Shown here: positions 13,148 to 26,210 of the stretch, one piece after another | How positions within the stretch are numbered: the first letter of the stretch is position 1 | Layout of the letters: the number at the start of each line of letters is the position of its first letter | Source of the DNA: Chrysomallon squamiferum | Taxonomy: Eukaryota; Animalia; Mollusca | Direction: 5' to 3' | Assembly (NCBI GenBank): GCA_012295275.1 | Contig: CM022673.1 | Span: 13,764,001-13,828,000, forward strand | DNA length: 64,000 nt | Translations under genes and position numbers: made by a program | The notes under the pieces: generated by a model | Databases searched by the model: none | Seen by the model: only the letters and a program-made list of their open reading frames with translations | What the model was told of the DNA's origin: nothing

Positions 13148-16100
13148 TGACAGAAACTCCAAAATTATTAAAGTTGAAAAATTATTAGCTATAAAACCTT
13201 TCAGATCCCTTTTTCTAATATTCAGTTTATCTTTTTATTGTTTTAATTTGTTTTTTATTTAAATATGTATTGTTTTTCTTTTCTTTTTTATGTAATTTTA
13301 TTTATTTATTTATTTATTTATAACTTTTAATTTTAAAAATTTTAAATATTTTTTTTTTTATTTTTTATTTTTTTTTTCCACCCAGAAATATTCACTGCAA
13401 GTGGAATATTAGAGCAAGCGTAGAGTCATATGAAAATGATTTTCTGAAGTTTGAAGTTGTTGATTTTATTTTGATGGGAAACAGTGGCTGCACCTCTGAT
13501 TACCTTGAAATAACAGCAGGTAAAACACCAAAGTTTTTACATTTTGTTTCTAAATTTAGAAAAATGGAAACTGTTTAGATATACCTTAACAGAGTCTTGT
13601 ATTGAACAGTTGTTGTAAGTTGTATAATATATATCTTTTTAATAATGTCAGTGATATCAGTGTGTTATTTTTATCTGTTAGCAACAGAAGAACATTTAAT
13701 GTATACCTTCCCATAAACAGAAAATCAATATTAATATTTACTTTTAGAAACATAAATGTGGATATTTAATTCCATATTCTCTTCTCCCTATTTGATTGAC
13801 TAACACACTAACACTAACAAGTAAACCCAGAATACCTGGAGTATACAGAACATTCATTTGATTCAAGCAAATTTAAAAAAATTTGATTTATTAACAAAAA
13901 ACCATCTATTAACACTATAATTAATCAACATATTTTCACTTGCTTAATTATATTTTGTTACATAAGCATTTAAAATAAACTCAGATTCTATAATCACTTG
14001 TTTCAAGATGTGTTATATTTTAATTTTTCACAGAAACAAGAAGTTCAGATCCAGAGAGTGTAGTAAGCAGAAATGTGGGTCGGTGGTGTGGAAAACGTTA
14101 CAGCAAGTTTTTAGAAATACCTGGAGACGTGACGTTTGTCTTCCACTCAGATTCATTCAGTACCAGTCGAGGATTTAAAATTAAGATTGACCTTATCAAG
14201 GGTAGACAAAGTTCCCCAAAAATTATTTTAATATGTAACAAAAAACAAAACATAAAAAAAACAAAAAAAAAAATATATAATAATAATAATAATAATAATA
14301 TCAAAAATTGAAAGCAGTAAAAAAAAAAAATCCAATTTATTTGTGTTCTCCTTTTTCATTTTTTTTTCTCAGACATATAGTTCTATGGAAAACAAATGTC
14401 TTTTTTTCTTTTTTTTCCACTTGAACATAAACATAAATTCTTTAATATTTATCAAAATGGAGTCTTTATTTGTGTGCGTTCACAATCATTTTTCTTTGTT
14501 ATTAAAATATTAATCAAACCAGTCATGGTTTAACTGAATAAATAAGTAATTGGTATGATAGTTTTAATAGTAATTATGTAGCAGTAGAGTAAATCTAAAA
14601 TAAGTAAAATGAATTAATAAACTATTTTGTCAAAAATATGGAACAACTTATTTGTTATTTTATAAATAAAAACAATTTCAGAGTAGTCATTCAGCGTTTA
14701 ATCCAGCAATTAAACACTAAAGAATTAACTTTCAATACTGTGTATGTGAGAATGTGTGTTTGTGAGTGTTGTCTGTGTGTATGTGTTAGAGTGTGTGTGC
14801 ATTTGTATGAATTACAAGTAATGCATATTTACCAATAGACATAGTAGTGATGAGTTTTGCCTAGGGCCTGCACGTAGGAAAATTACCTGCTCTGAATATA
14901 GATATAAAAATCAATCTGGTTACCTTAGCACTATATACAGCATATATATATATATATATAATGATGTGGCAGCTGTTTAAAGATGTAATTAAATAAATGG
15001 ATATTTAAATTTTAGCTACAGATATCTGTAACAGCTCTGTACAACTAAACACAACAACTGCTGTTTATGGATCTCACCTTACTGCAGTTCAAGAATTTGG
15101 CCCAGCAGAAAGTTTGATTTATTCACCTGGGTTTCCTTTTGGTTTGTACAGGTGGGTATTTTTTTATTATATTTTTTTATTGTTTATTTTTTTGTTTTGT
15201 TTAGTTTTCTAAAACTTGTATTCATTGAGTTTGTGTAATCTTAAAATATAAATGGGTGTGGTTGTGTACATGTATGTAAATGTATGCGTCTTGGTTTGTC
15301 TCTCTCTCTAATTTTTTCTCTCTTGGTCTGTCTGTTTGTCTCTCTGTCTGTTTATGTTTGATTCTGTCACTATATATTGAAATATGTATATATGTATCTA
15401 TCTGTCTATTATCTATATATCTGTATGTGTTTGTGTGTATGTGTGTGTGATTTTACAAAACTTTGACTATTATATCTTTATATGATGAGATTATAATACA
15501 TATGTGAATTCACACTTGTTTTTGTGTGTTGGGTCATACATTGTTTTACCATCCTCTTATTCTCTTATAAAATTGTAACTGTGTGTTATTCAAGTTTGGC
15601 AAACAAATTATTTTATCAAATATTCTAATGTTCTGTTTCACAGGGAGATGAAATGTGTTTGGGACATTGGCTTGCCCAAAGCAAAATATCTGTACTCTGG
15701 AACCCTACATCTGGAAAACAAGGCAGCATTGTTACCATGGAAACATGCTAATGTCAGTAATTCTCCTGGCAGTATTCATATCATGGAAAGTTAGTCTGAT
15801 TTGAACAATGAAATGTTTTTAATATTGTTGAATGTTTTGTCGACTGTCATGTTTCTGATGTAAATATATTTATTTCAAAGTAAACCAAGAACTAAATATA
15901 AAAATACACTGATTTATTTCTTCTGGCAAATATGAAAAAATGTGTCCATAAGAGATTAATTGAAACATATTTATATAAATGTACTGACATTATATCAAAC
16001 CAAGAACACAGTATAATAGATAAATTTCTTCTGGTGTTAACTGAACAATCTGGCTACAACCAGAGATTAATAAATATTTATATTACACATCTTAACACAT

Positions 16101-16853
16101 TTTAATAATTAAAAAAAACTTAAAAGTGAAAATTACATGTTTTTTTTTCGCAAATTAAGATATGACAAAGAAAACCTATCATCACACTGTGGCTTGGCTG
16201 TTAAAACTGATTTACTGATCACTTATATTCACCTTCTCATAAACAGTAAAATAAATACCAAAGTCTTTGATAAACTAACCACGAGAAAACAGTCCAAAGA
16301 GGTAGGTGCTGTAAGCTAACCAAACAACTCAGATGTGTAGTTTAACCACTGGGCTATAGTCATATCAACACTTGTTATAAAGCATTTAAAATGTTAATGA
16401 GGGAGGCAAAGTTTGATAGAAAGTTTGAAAATGTTTCTTCACTGAGGGATAATATCAAAAAGTCCCATCATAAATTTATTTATTTATTTATTTTATTTTA
16501 TTTTATTTATTTTAATTGTTATTTTTATTTTATTTTGTTTTATTTAATTTAATTTAATTTGATTTAATTTAATTTTATTTTTTAAAGAGGTGCAATAACT
16601 GATGTATTGTGCAGGTTATGTAATATTAAAATGTATTGCATGTTGTGTATGATGTTGTAGACTGGGAAGGAGGCAAGGAATACAGCTACCGTATTGATGA
16701 GTATTTCATTTATCAGAGTTCAAGTCCCTACATGACAGACAAAACTGTTACAGTAACTTTCAACAGAACCAGGCACAGTCCTAAATATCACATAGGTTTC
16801 CAGCTCATCATGTATCCCAGGATTCCTTGTAAGTGTAATCTATCTGGATGAAG

Positions 16854-16913
<60 letters not shown>

Positions 16914-18220
16914 AGTTATATAATATTTTATTTTAACGTTGTATACATCTTTTCTTAACAATTTTAATATCTGGTTTTAGACAACTCTAGTTGTTAATAA
17001 AGATGTAAATGATATTTATGTTTTAACATTCTGGGTTTAGACAAATCTGTCTCTGGTAATAAAGATGTAACTGATATTTATGTTTTAATATCTGTGTTTT
17101 AGACAAATCTAGTTGTTAGTAAAGATGTAACTGATATTTATGTTTTAATATCTGTGTTTTAGACAAATCTAGTTGTTAGTAAAGATGTAACTGATATTTA
17201 TGTTTTAATATCTGTGTTTTAGACAAATCTAGTTGTTAGTAAAGATGTAACTGATATTTATGTTTTAATATCTGTGTTTTTTAGACAAATCTAGTTGTTA
17301 GTAAAGATGTAACGATATTTATGTTTTAATATCTGTGTTTTAGACAAATCTAGTTGTTAGTAAAGATGTAACTGATATTTATGTTTTAATATCTGTGTTT
17401 TAGACAAATCTAGTTGTTATATGGATGTACTCACAGCAGACCCAGAACCATCATTTGTGGATATCAGAGACAATGGTTTCAAGTTAGTGTCAAGTTTATT
17501 TAAACTTTTAATTTATTTATTTATTTATTTTTTTTTTTCTGTTTGCTTTTTAATTTTTTTATTTTTTTTCTGTGTTTTTTCTTTTGTTATTTTTTTATTT
17601 AACCTTTTTAATTTAGTTTTTATTTTATTATTACTTTTTAATTTAAATTTAGTTTTTTTGCTAAATTTTATTTCATTTCATTTCATTTTATTTTATTTCA
17701 TTTTATTTTATATTTTACTTAATTTCATCATCTTTTAATTTTTCCTTTCAATTTGCTTTATATTATTTGATTTCAGTTTTTTTCATGTATTAAATTTTTT
17801 TTTTAATTTCAGTTTTATTCACTGCAGCTGGATGATATCATCAGGTAAAAGCATTGGTGGTGATGAGAACCGCGTAGTTGTAGTTGAAGTGTTGGAGATG
17901 GACTTCGACTGGAGCACAGTGACGGAGTGTAACAAGATTTTCAGAGTGGAGGATCGTACGTACTAGAAACACAAAATCTCAAAAACACAAACTCATAAAA
18001 TATCTGACATCATTCTGTAAACATTATTTAGATTTTAACCTTTAAATACTTTTCCTGCATGAACTGGTGACATATTGATAAATATTAGGAGATGTACTGG
18101 CTGTTTTATATCTGTTGAATTCTTGAGTCAATTAATTGCAGAATACAATCTATGGATTTATCTGTAGAGTAAATACAACAGTAAAACAATTTATGAGTGT
18201 TATGATTTTGTTTTTTATTA

Positions 18221-18297
<77 letters not shown>

Positions 18298-19657
18298 GTT
18301 ATTTTTAGGGAATCACTCACTGATATTTGATGAACTCTGTAAAACAAAGACAAGTTCTGATCTACCAATTCTCATACGAAGTTATGGTGTTTGGATTTTT
18401 GTTAAATTTAACATTAACACCAAACTTCGCAGACTTCTCTTCAAATATTACTCTCGAAACAAATGTGAGTTAGTTATTATTATTATTATTACAACTACTA
18501 CTACTATTGCTACTGCTATTACTACTACTACTAGAAATGCTACTATAATTCTAAATGTACTACACTATTGCTATTATATATAGTGTTAATTACTATATCT
18601 GCTATATATTCTAAATATATACTACTACTACTGCATCTTCATCTATCATTACTACATTACTACTGCTACTACCACTGGTGCTACTTCTATATTTATTATT
18701 ACTACTACTACTACTGCTGCTGTTGTTGGTGCTGCTGCTACTGCAATTACTGTATTTGTTTTTATTGTTTTACTATTCAGATGTCATTAATCTGAATATA
18801 AGTAAATGAAAAACAACAAAAACAACAAGAACAACACAGAAAATTTTGGCATAAAAGTGTAAAGAAATAAAAAATGTAACAAAACTGGTATCAGCAACTT
18901 ATTAGAACTATGAAAAATTTAGTGAGGTCAGTTAAAACTGACTTTGATAATTAAAAGATGCAATTTGTAGTTACACACTGACAATTTTTAGTTACAAACT
19001 GACAATTTATTTTCATCTCTAGATGACTTCAGTGAAAAGCCTGTGGAGGCTGTTGAAAACAGAAGTTACATGTGGCTGGTGGCGCCCTCTGTTTTGAAGG
19101 AATGGTAATATCTACATCATTTTTAAATTTATTTATTTTATTATTATTTATTTTTAATTTTGTTTTGAAATAACAGAACCCGTATAACAACAGTATAACA
19201 TTATAAAATGAAGCGTGAAAATATAACCCTCTGTCACATTTTGTTTGGTACAAGAAACATTTTGTGAGAAATTTCAATCAATTTAATTATAACTGATTCT
19301 CTGTTCAGGATCACTGAGCCTGTGCGCTGGCTTTTCACGACAAGAAGACCAGGGAAATGCATCGAGCTGGGAATTGTCAACATCACTCAGTCCAAGCACT
19401 ACACAGACCAGATCATCAGAGCTTTTGATGGTAAATGTTTTATATACTCAACAGCAATGTGTGTTTGTAAAACACTGTAAGTGTGTGGTAAATTACACTG
19501 TTTTTCTCTGTTTCTCTTACTCTCCATGTTTCTGTCTGCATGCCTTTCTGTCTGTCATTCTCTTTATTTCTGTTTCTCTCTCTCATTCTGTTTTACTTTG
19601 TTCTCTGCTTTTCCCTCCCCTCTCTCACTCTTGCAATCTCTCTGTCTACATATGTAA

Positions 19658-19707
<50 letters not shown>

Positions 19708-22704
19708 TATATATATACATTAATTGTGTTAATACACAGTGTATGCTATTTGTTTTATTATACACTGTTTGTTGTCTGTGTTATTATATTAAATGTTTTT
19801 TTGTTATTATATTAAATGTTTTTTTTGTTATTATATTAAATGTTTTTTTTATTATATTAAATGTTTTCTGTGTTATTAAAATAAATGTTATCTATTTTAT
19901 TATATTAAATGTTATTTTTATTATTATATTAAATGTTTTCTGTGTTATTATATTAAATGTTTTCTGTGTTATTATATTAAATGCTATTTTTGTTATTATA
20001 TTAAATGTTTTCTGTGTTATTATATTAAATGCTATTTTTGTTATTATAATAACAAAAATAACATTTAATATAATAACAAAAATATCATTTAATATAATAA
20101 CAAAAATAACATTTAATATATTAAAAGTTTTCTCTGTACTGCAGGCTCAGATGAGACAGCTGATGAAATAATGACCTGTCCGTATATAGATAAGTGGGGA
20201 CTGAAGCGTTTGCAGGGCCCAGTGAGAAGTACTGGCAGTTCTCTGTTCGTGCTTGTCAACACAGAGACTAATCCTGTAGACACACCTGTACTTTTTTCTT
20301 ACACCGCTTCAGGTTCGTACAGGTAGTCACTTCCAAAACAGGACACAATTTAACTGTAATGGAAAAACAGACAATTTATTTTTCTCACGTTAAATAGTTT
20401 TTGGAATTTGGTTTTAAATGATGTACATTTTAATAAAAATATTTGAAATATTCATGGGTTATTCAAATTTTGACATCTTTTTCATGTACCCATCCAGTTT
20501 ATAGAAGAAAGAGTCCATTTTATATGTTAGACCCAAAATATCTCTGTTTCAGTAAATCTATATAACTTAGCTTTGTTATTCTGCAGTGCTGTAAGGTGGT
20601 AACTTTTACATAACAGTTTCAATGCTGTAATAATGATTTAGAAAAATACTTTAATTTACACTGTTTCATCCCATGTACTCTATAGTTCTGTTGTAACAGT
20701 TAAATACTTGTTTTTATATTACAGATACATGTGACTTCTCCATGTACTCCAAAATACTGTTGTAACAGTTAAATACTTGTTTTTATATTACAGATACTTG
20801 TGTCTTCTCCATGTACTCCACAGTTCTGTTGTAATAGTTAAATACTTGTTTTTATATTACAGATACATGTGACTTCTCCATGTACTACACAGTTCTGTTG
20901 TAACAGTTAAATATGTTTTATATTACAGATACATGTGTCTTCTCCATGTACTACACAGTTCTGTTGTAACAGTTAAATACTTGTTTTTATATTACAGATA
21001 CATGTCTTCTCCATGTACTACACAGTTCTGTTGTAACAGTTAAATACTTGTTTTTATATTACAGATACATGTGACTTCTCCATGTACTACACAGTTCTGT
21101 TGTAACAGTTAAATATGTTTTATATTACAGATACATGTGTTTTCTCCATGTACTCACAGTTCTGTTGAACAGAAATACTTGAACAAACAGTGAAAATAAA
21201 CATTTTATATTACAGATACATGTCCACTCCATGTATTACACAGTACTGTTGTAACAGTTTTGTTGTTTTTATATTACAGATACATGTTTAACCATTTATT
21301 AAAAGTACTGTTGTAACAGTTAAATATATTCACAGATAAATGTTAAATGAAATTCTATTGTAACAGTTAAATATTTTTAAAATACATGTGGCACATACAT
21401 ATAACAAACATGAAAATAAACATAACCAGTCCACACAAGTGAGTTTTGTAATAACAACTTTAACTTGATAAAATTTCTCAGCTAAGTCTTAAAGAAATGG
21501 CAAATATTTAAGTAAAACACACACACACACACACACACACAGTAGATTATTATTATTGTTGTTGTTATTATTATTATTATTATTATTTTATAACAACACA
21601 AAGTAAAGTGAATAATGTATACTTAAATTCACAGGGAAAAAAAATGAAAAGAAAATGAAGTTAGTTTATCTTAATTAGAAAATCCATTTTGATTATAAAA
21701 CAAATCAATATTTATCAAATTATTTAAAATAATTTCATCTCTGCTAATAATCAGGATGATGTCTGTGTTTCCTCTCTGTAGAGTTGATTAGTGGACTGTG
21801 GAGTCTGTTTATTTGTAGAAATATTTTGTGTCACTGGAAGATTGCTTCAGAAGGTGGCCATGTTCAGATTAGATCTTCTACACAACTAACTTCTTGTGAC
21901 AAAAATTTTCTGGCAGCTTATAACTGTAAATTTTTGTTTGTTGCTGTTGTACTAGTTGTTGTTGTTGTTGTTATTATTATTATTATTATTATTTTTTTTT
22001 TTTTGTTGCTGTTTTTGTTGCATGGGAAAGTAATAGTTATTTGTAGTTGCTGTTGTTGTTGCATGATTATTTTTATTATTACTTATTTCTACTATTGTTG
22101 TTATTATTTTATTATTGTTGCTGTTATTTTTGTTGGTATTGTTATTATTTCTATTATTATTATTATTATAAAAATACTATAAAATTAATTAGCATTTACA
22201 GCACATTTATTTATTTGCTTAAATTATAAAAGCTTACTCATTTTGTTTTACTTTACTGACAACAAAGACAAAGATTTTTACAAATATCTCAAACATCGAT
22301 TTTCTTTCATTGTTTAAAACTGGTCTTCATATTCAGCTGATAACATTAATTTTTATTATTTTTCTATAAATTAATGTTATCAGCTGTAATTTATTTTGAT
22401 CCCCCCCCCCAAAAAATATAATAATCTCCTTTACCAGATTTTAATTTAGAATTTTGATTCTGTTATTTTTCAGCTCTGTCTTCAGAACGTCTGATAGGAA
22501 AGTGGTGCCAGTCTAATGACTCTGTGATCAGTGAACAAAATGATTTGTACTTGAAATTAGCTGTGAAAGAGTCAGATGAGGGCAATTTTCAGTTAAAGTA
22601 TTTTAATGTTAAAAACACGTGTAAGTAGAAAAGCTATTTTTTTTTTAAAAAATTCTCATCTGAATTATTTTCAACACACTTATTTAAGCAATGATTTACG
22701 TACC

Positions 22705-22755
<51 letters not shown>

Positions 22756-24265
22756 TATAAAGATATTAATTTTTATTTTTTTATTTGTTTATAAACATAC
22801 ATTTACAAACATTTCTGATATTTGTGTTTTTTAATTTCAGCCAGTTGTTGTTCGCAAAACTCTGTAATTCGTCTGACAGCTGAATCAGTCTTGAGTTTGA
22901 CTTCACCAAACCACCCAGTGTACTACCCCATGTGAGTACTGTAAAATACATTCTTCTAGTTTCTGGTAGTCATGCCAACACACTTGTTTGATTTTGTGGC
23001 ATTTATTTTAAGCTACATTTTTAATTATTTCAGTGATTTTTGTTTTGTATTGTTCTGTTTTTATCTGTCTTTTAGTATTTGTCAATAATTCACTTGTCAT
23101 TGTACCAACACATTTGAAAATTCCCTATGTATTGCTAAACATTCATTTACCCAATTTCAAAATACTAATATTTAATATACATATGTACCTATGTATGTGT
23201 ATGTATGTATGTATGTATGTATGTATGTATGTATGTATATGTATGTAAATACTATAAAATAAATAAATAAATAATGGAAAAAAAGAAAAGAAGTCAGTTA
23301 TTTGTTTTAAGCCCAGTCTATAGACATCGTACTCTGTGTTACAGGAACTGTGACTGTATGTGGCACATCATCGCTGCTGGACGTGTGAACATCGTCAGCA
23401 TAGACATTGAAGAGTTTCATCTGCAGAGACAACAGCCTGGTGAAAAGTGTACAGATAGCCTAGCACTTTATAATGGTATTTTTGTTTTATTTTAAATACT
23501 TTTTATTTAATAACTTCACGTATATTCCTCCTAACAAATATTTTTCATGCAGAGATTTCCAGGAACCATCATTAGCCAAATAACTGAGTTAGCAAATGAT
23601 ATCAGAATTAAAATTTTGCATTATGAAAAAACCCCAATGAAAACACCTGTGTAAAAATGTAGGTGTTATTGACAAGTTTATTGCTAAGTCATTTAAGAAT
23701 TGTGAAAATCTGTTTCCATCATAAGAATGTTTTGGTCCTGCCCAGTATATTATTATTATTACAAATAGATAATTTTTTGCAGGTAATGAGAAAGAAATAA
23801 TTAATTTAAAGGTAAAAATATGAAATCATTTATATTAGTTATTGTACAGGTAGAAAGATAAATGTAAGGTCTTATTTATTTATTTATTTTTTTTTATTTT
23901 GCAGGTAGAAATGAAAGTAATTTTTGTTAAATATTTTACAGGAGAAAATATGAAATAATTTATGTTAATTAATTTACAGGTTAAAAAGTCCAAAGTAATT
24001 ATTTTACAGGTTAAAAATAAAAATAGTTACTGTCAGTTATTATTGATTACCCTACAGGTAATAATAAGATACCAGCCAATGAGATTGCAGTGCTGTGTGG
24101 TGAAGATGGTGTTACTAAAAATAGTTTTCAGTCAGCTGAACAGAATATGACTCTTCACTTTAAATCAGACTCCGCTGTCGCAAATAGAGGATTCAAACTG
24201 AGTCTCAAATCGGTGGCTATTAAATGTAAGTTCATCATTGTAGTTTAAATTTTTATTAACACCAG

Positions 24266-24322
<57 letters not shown>

Positions 24323-26172
24323 TATACCTGTGACATGCATATGTCTGTTTAAAATATTTAACTTTGTAGTAAGATAAGAAATAATAATAATAAAAAAATA
24401 AACAATAAATAATTATAAATGAAGTAATAAATAAATAAATTTTAAAATTAATAATAATATATAAATAAAAGAAGATAATATTAAGGAAATGAAGAAACAA
24501 CAAATTAATGATATTAAATAAATAAATAAAATAATGAATAAAATAAAATAGAATAAAATCCAAATTAATAGATAAATACATTTTAAATAATAAAATTTAA
24601 TAATACAAAATAATATAAAATAACAAACTGTTGAAATAAAATAATTAAAAATTAAATGAAGTTAATTTAATAAATAATATCTGCTATTTTATCCATGTTT
24701 TTTTTTTTTTTTTTTTCAGACATTAATACAGCGTGGAGTTCAAAAATCAAAGTCACCACAAAGGCTCAGTATCTGCATTTCAGTGGAAGTTCTTCAAGGT
24801 ATACGAGAAAAAAACAAAACAACCCCCCCAAAACCCTCCCCCTCCAAAAAATAAAAATAAAAATAAAAATAAAAAAAACAATTAGTGGAATTTACATTTC
24901 ATTTCACACTAAAATTCAAATGATACAAATAACTGGTCTTGCAAAGAACTGATCTAACAGCAAACAAGAAATATAAAGTTAAAAATAAACAAAAAATCTT
25001 GAGGTTAATATTTTCAGCTTGCTGGTTCAACATTTGTTTTAGGAATGATATATTAATTGTGGAATTAATCCTTCTCAAAGCACTTATTAAATTAATAACC
25101 AAGTTTATCAATAGCTTTATTCTGTTTTAAAGTCTATGAGTAGGAATGTACAAAAGATTTCTTCTTCCTTATATTCAAGAGTAGCCCTTAGAGAGGGCAG
25201 TAGTTTGTTTTGCTGTCATTATTAATTTTTATCCCTTCATTAATTGTTTTTTAAATTTCAGCTGTAGTGGAGGTGTGTGTGTGTGGACACTGAATTCTCC
25301 TAAACATCATGTGACACACATACAAGTACTTCATTTACAAATTCCCTGTACATCACAGTTTCTGGAGGTTGTGGATAGTAAGTTGTGTCTTTGTTTACAA
25401 AGTATGATTTGTGCCATTTTCCTCTGACTTTTGTTCTTAAGTCTTGCACAGAAATTCTTACCAAGTAACTAACTACAATAATGATTTGGAAATAAAAAAA
25501 TTATATATTTTGTCCATACACATGCACATTTTCTTTAAAAGAGTGAATTAATTAATATTTCCATGCAGTTATCCACATTCTAATCCTTCTTTCTTTCATT
25601 CTTTCATTCATTCATTCTTTTTTTTTTTTTTTGTGTGTTGATGTGTGCCAGGTATTTCCTTTACAGTTTTCAAAAGACAAAGCATAAATAAGAACAGTTT
25701 CAAAAACACATGTTGAAAATATACTTCAAATTATTGACAGATTTGGTTTGTTTCAGTCTCGGATTCTCAGAATCACCCGAGTTACGGCAAGCTGTGTGGG
25801 GGGACATCTGCTGCAGTGACAAGTTTGGGCACCAAATTTAACATCTCCTTCCACATGGGTGGCCCAGACACAAACATTGAGATACGAATCAAGTACTACA
25901 GCGAGGCAGGTGAGACGTGGTGTTTGTAAACTCACTCAACTGTGCAGTTAGTTCTTTCTTAGAACATGTGAGCAAGGCAGACGTTTCCTGCTTGAAAGAT
26001 AAAAATATAGTAATTTGTGGAGAATGGTAATATGTATGTTTATTTGTAATAAGATCATCTGTTTGCATATTACATGTGTAACAAGTAGATGTTTCTGTAT
26101 TATAGTGTAATATGTAGATATATATGTATTACAGTGTAATATGTAGATATTTCTGTATTACAGTGCAATATG

Positions 26173-26210
<38 letters not shown>

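Noticed and set aside
12929-13162. Poly-I/N/L/Y/V ORFs here and at 18136-18795, 22047-22229, 62612-62909, 63026-63443
   Set aside because: Products of trinucleotide microsatellites in introns; only short embedded exon parts are real.
19374-20171. Longest ORF in the track (265 aa) as an independent gene
   Set aside because: It runs through (CA)n and the 24-bp minisatellite, out of frame with the flanking CUB exons.
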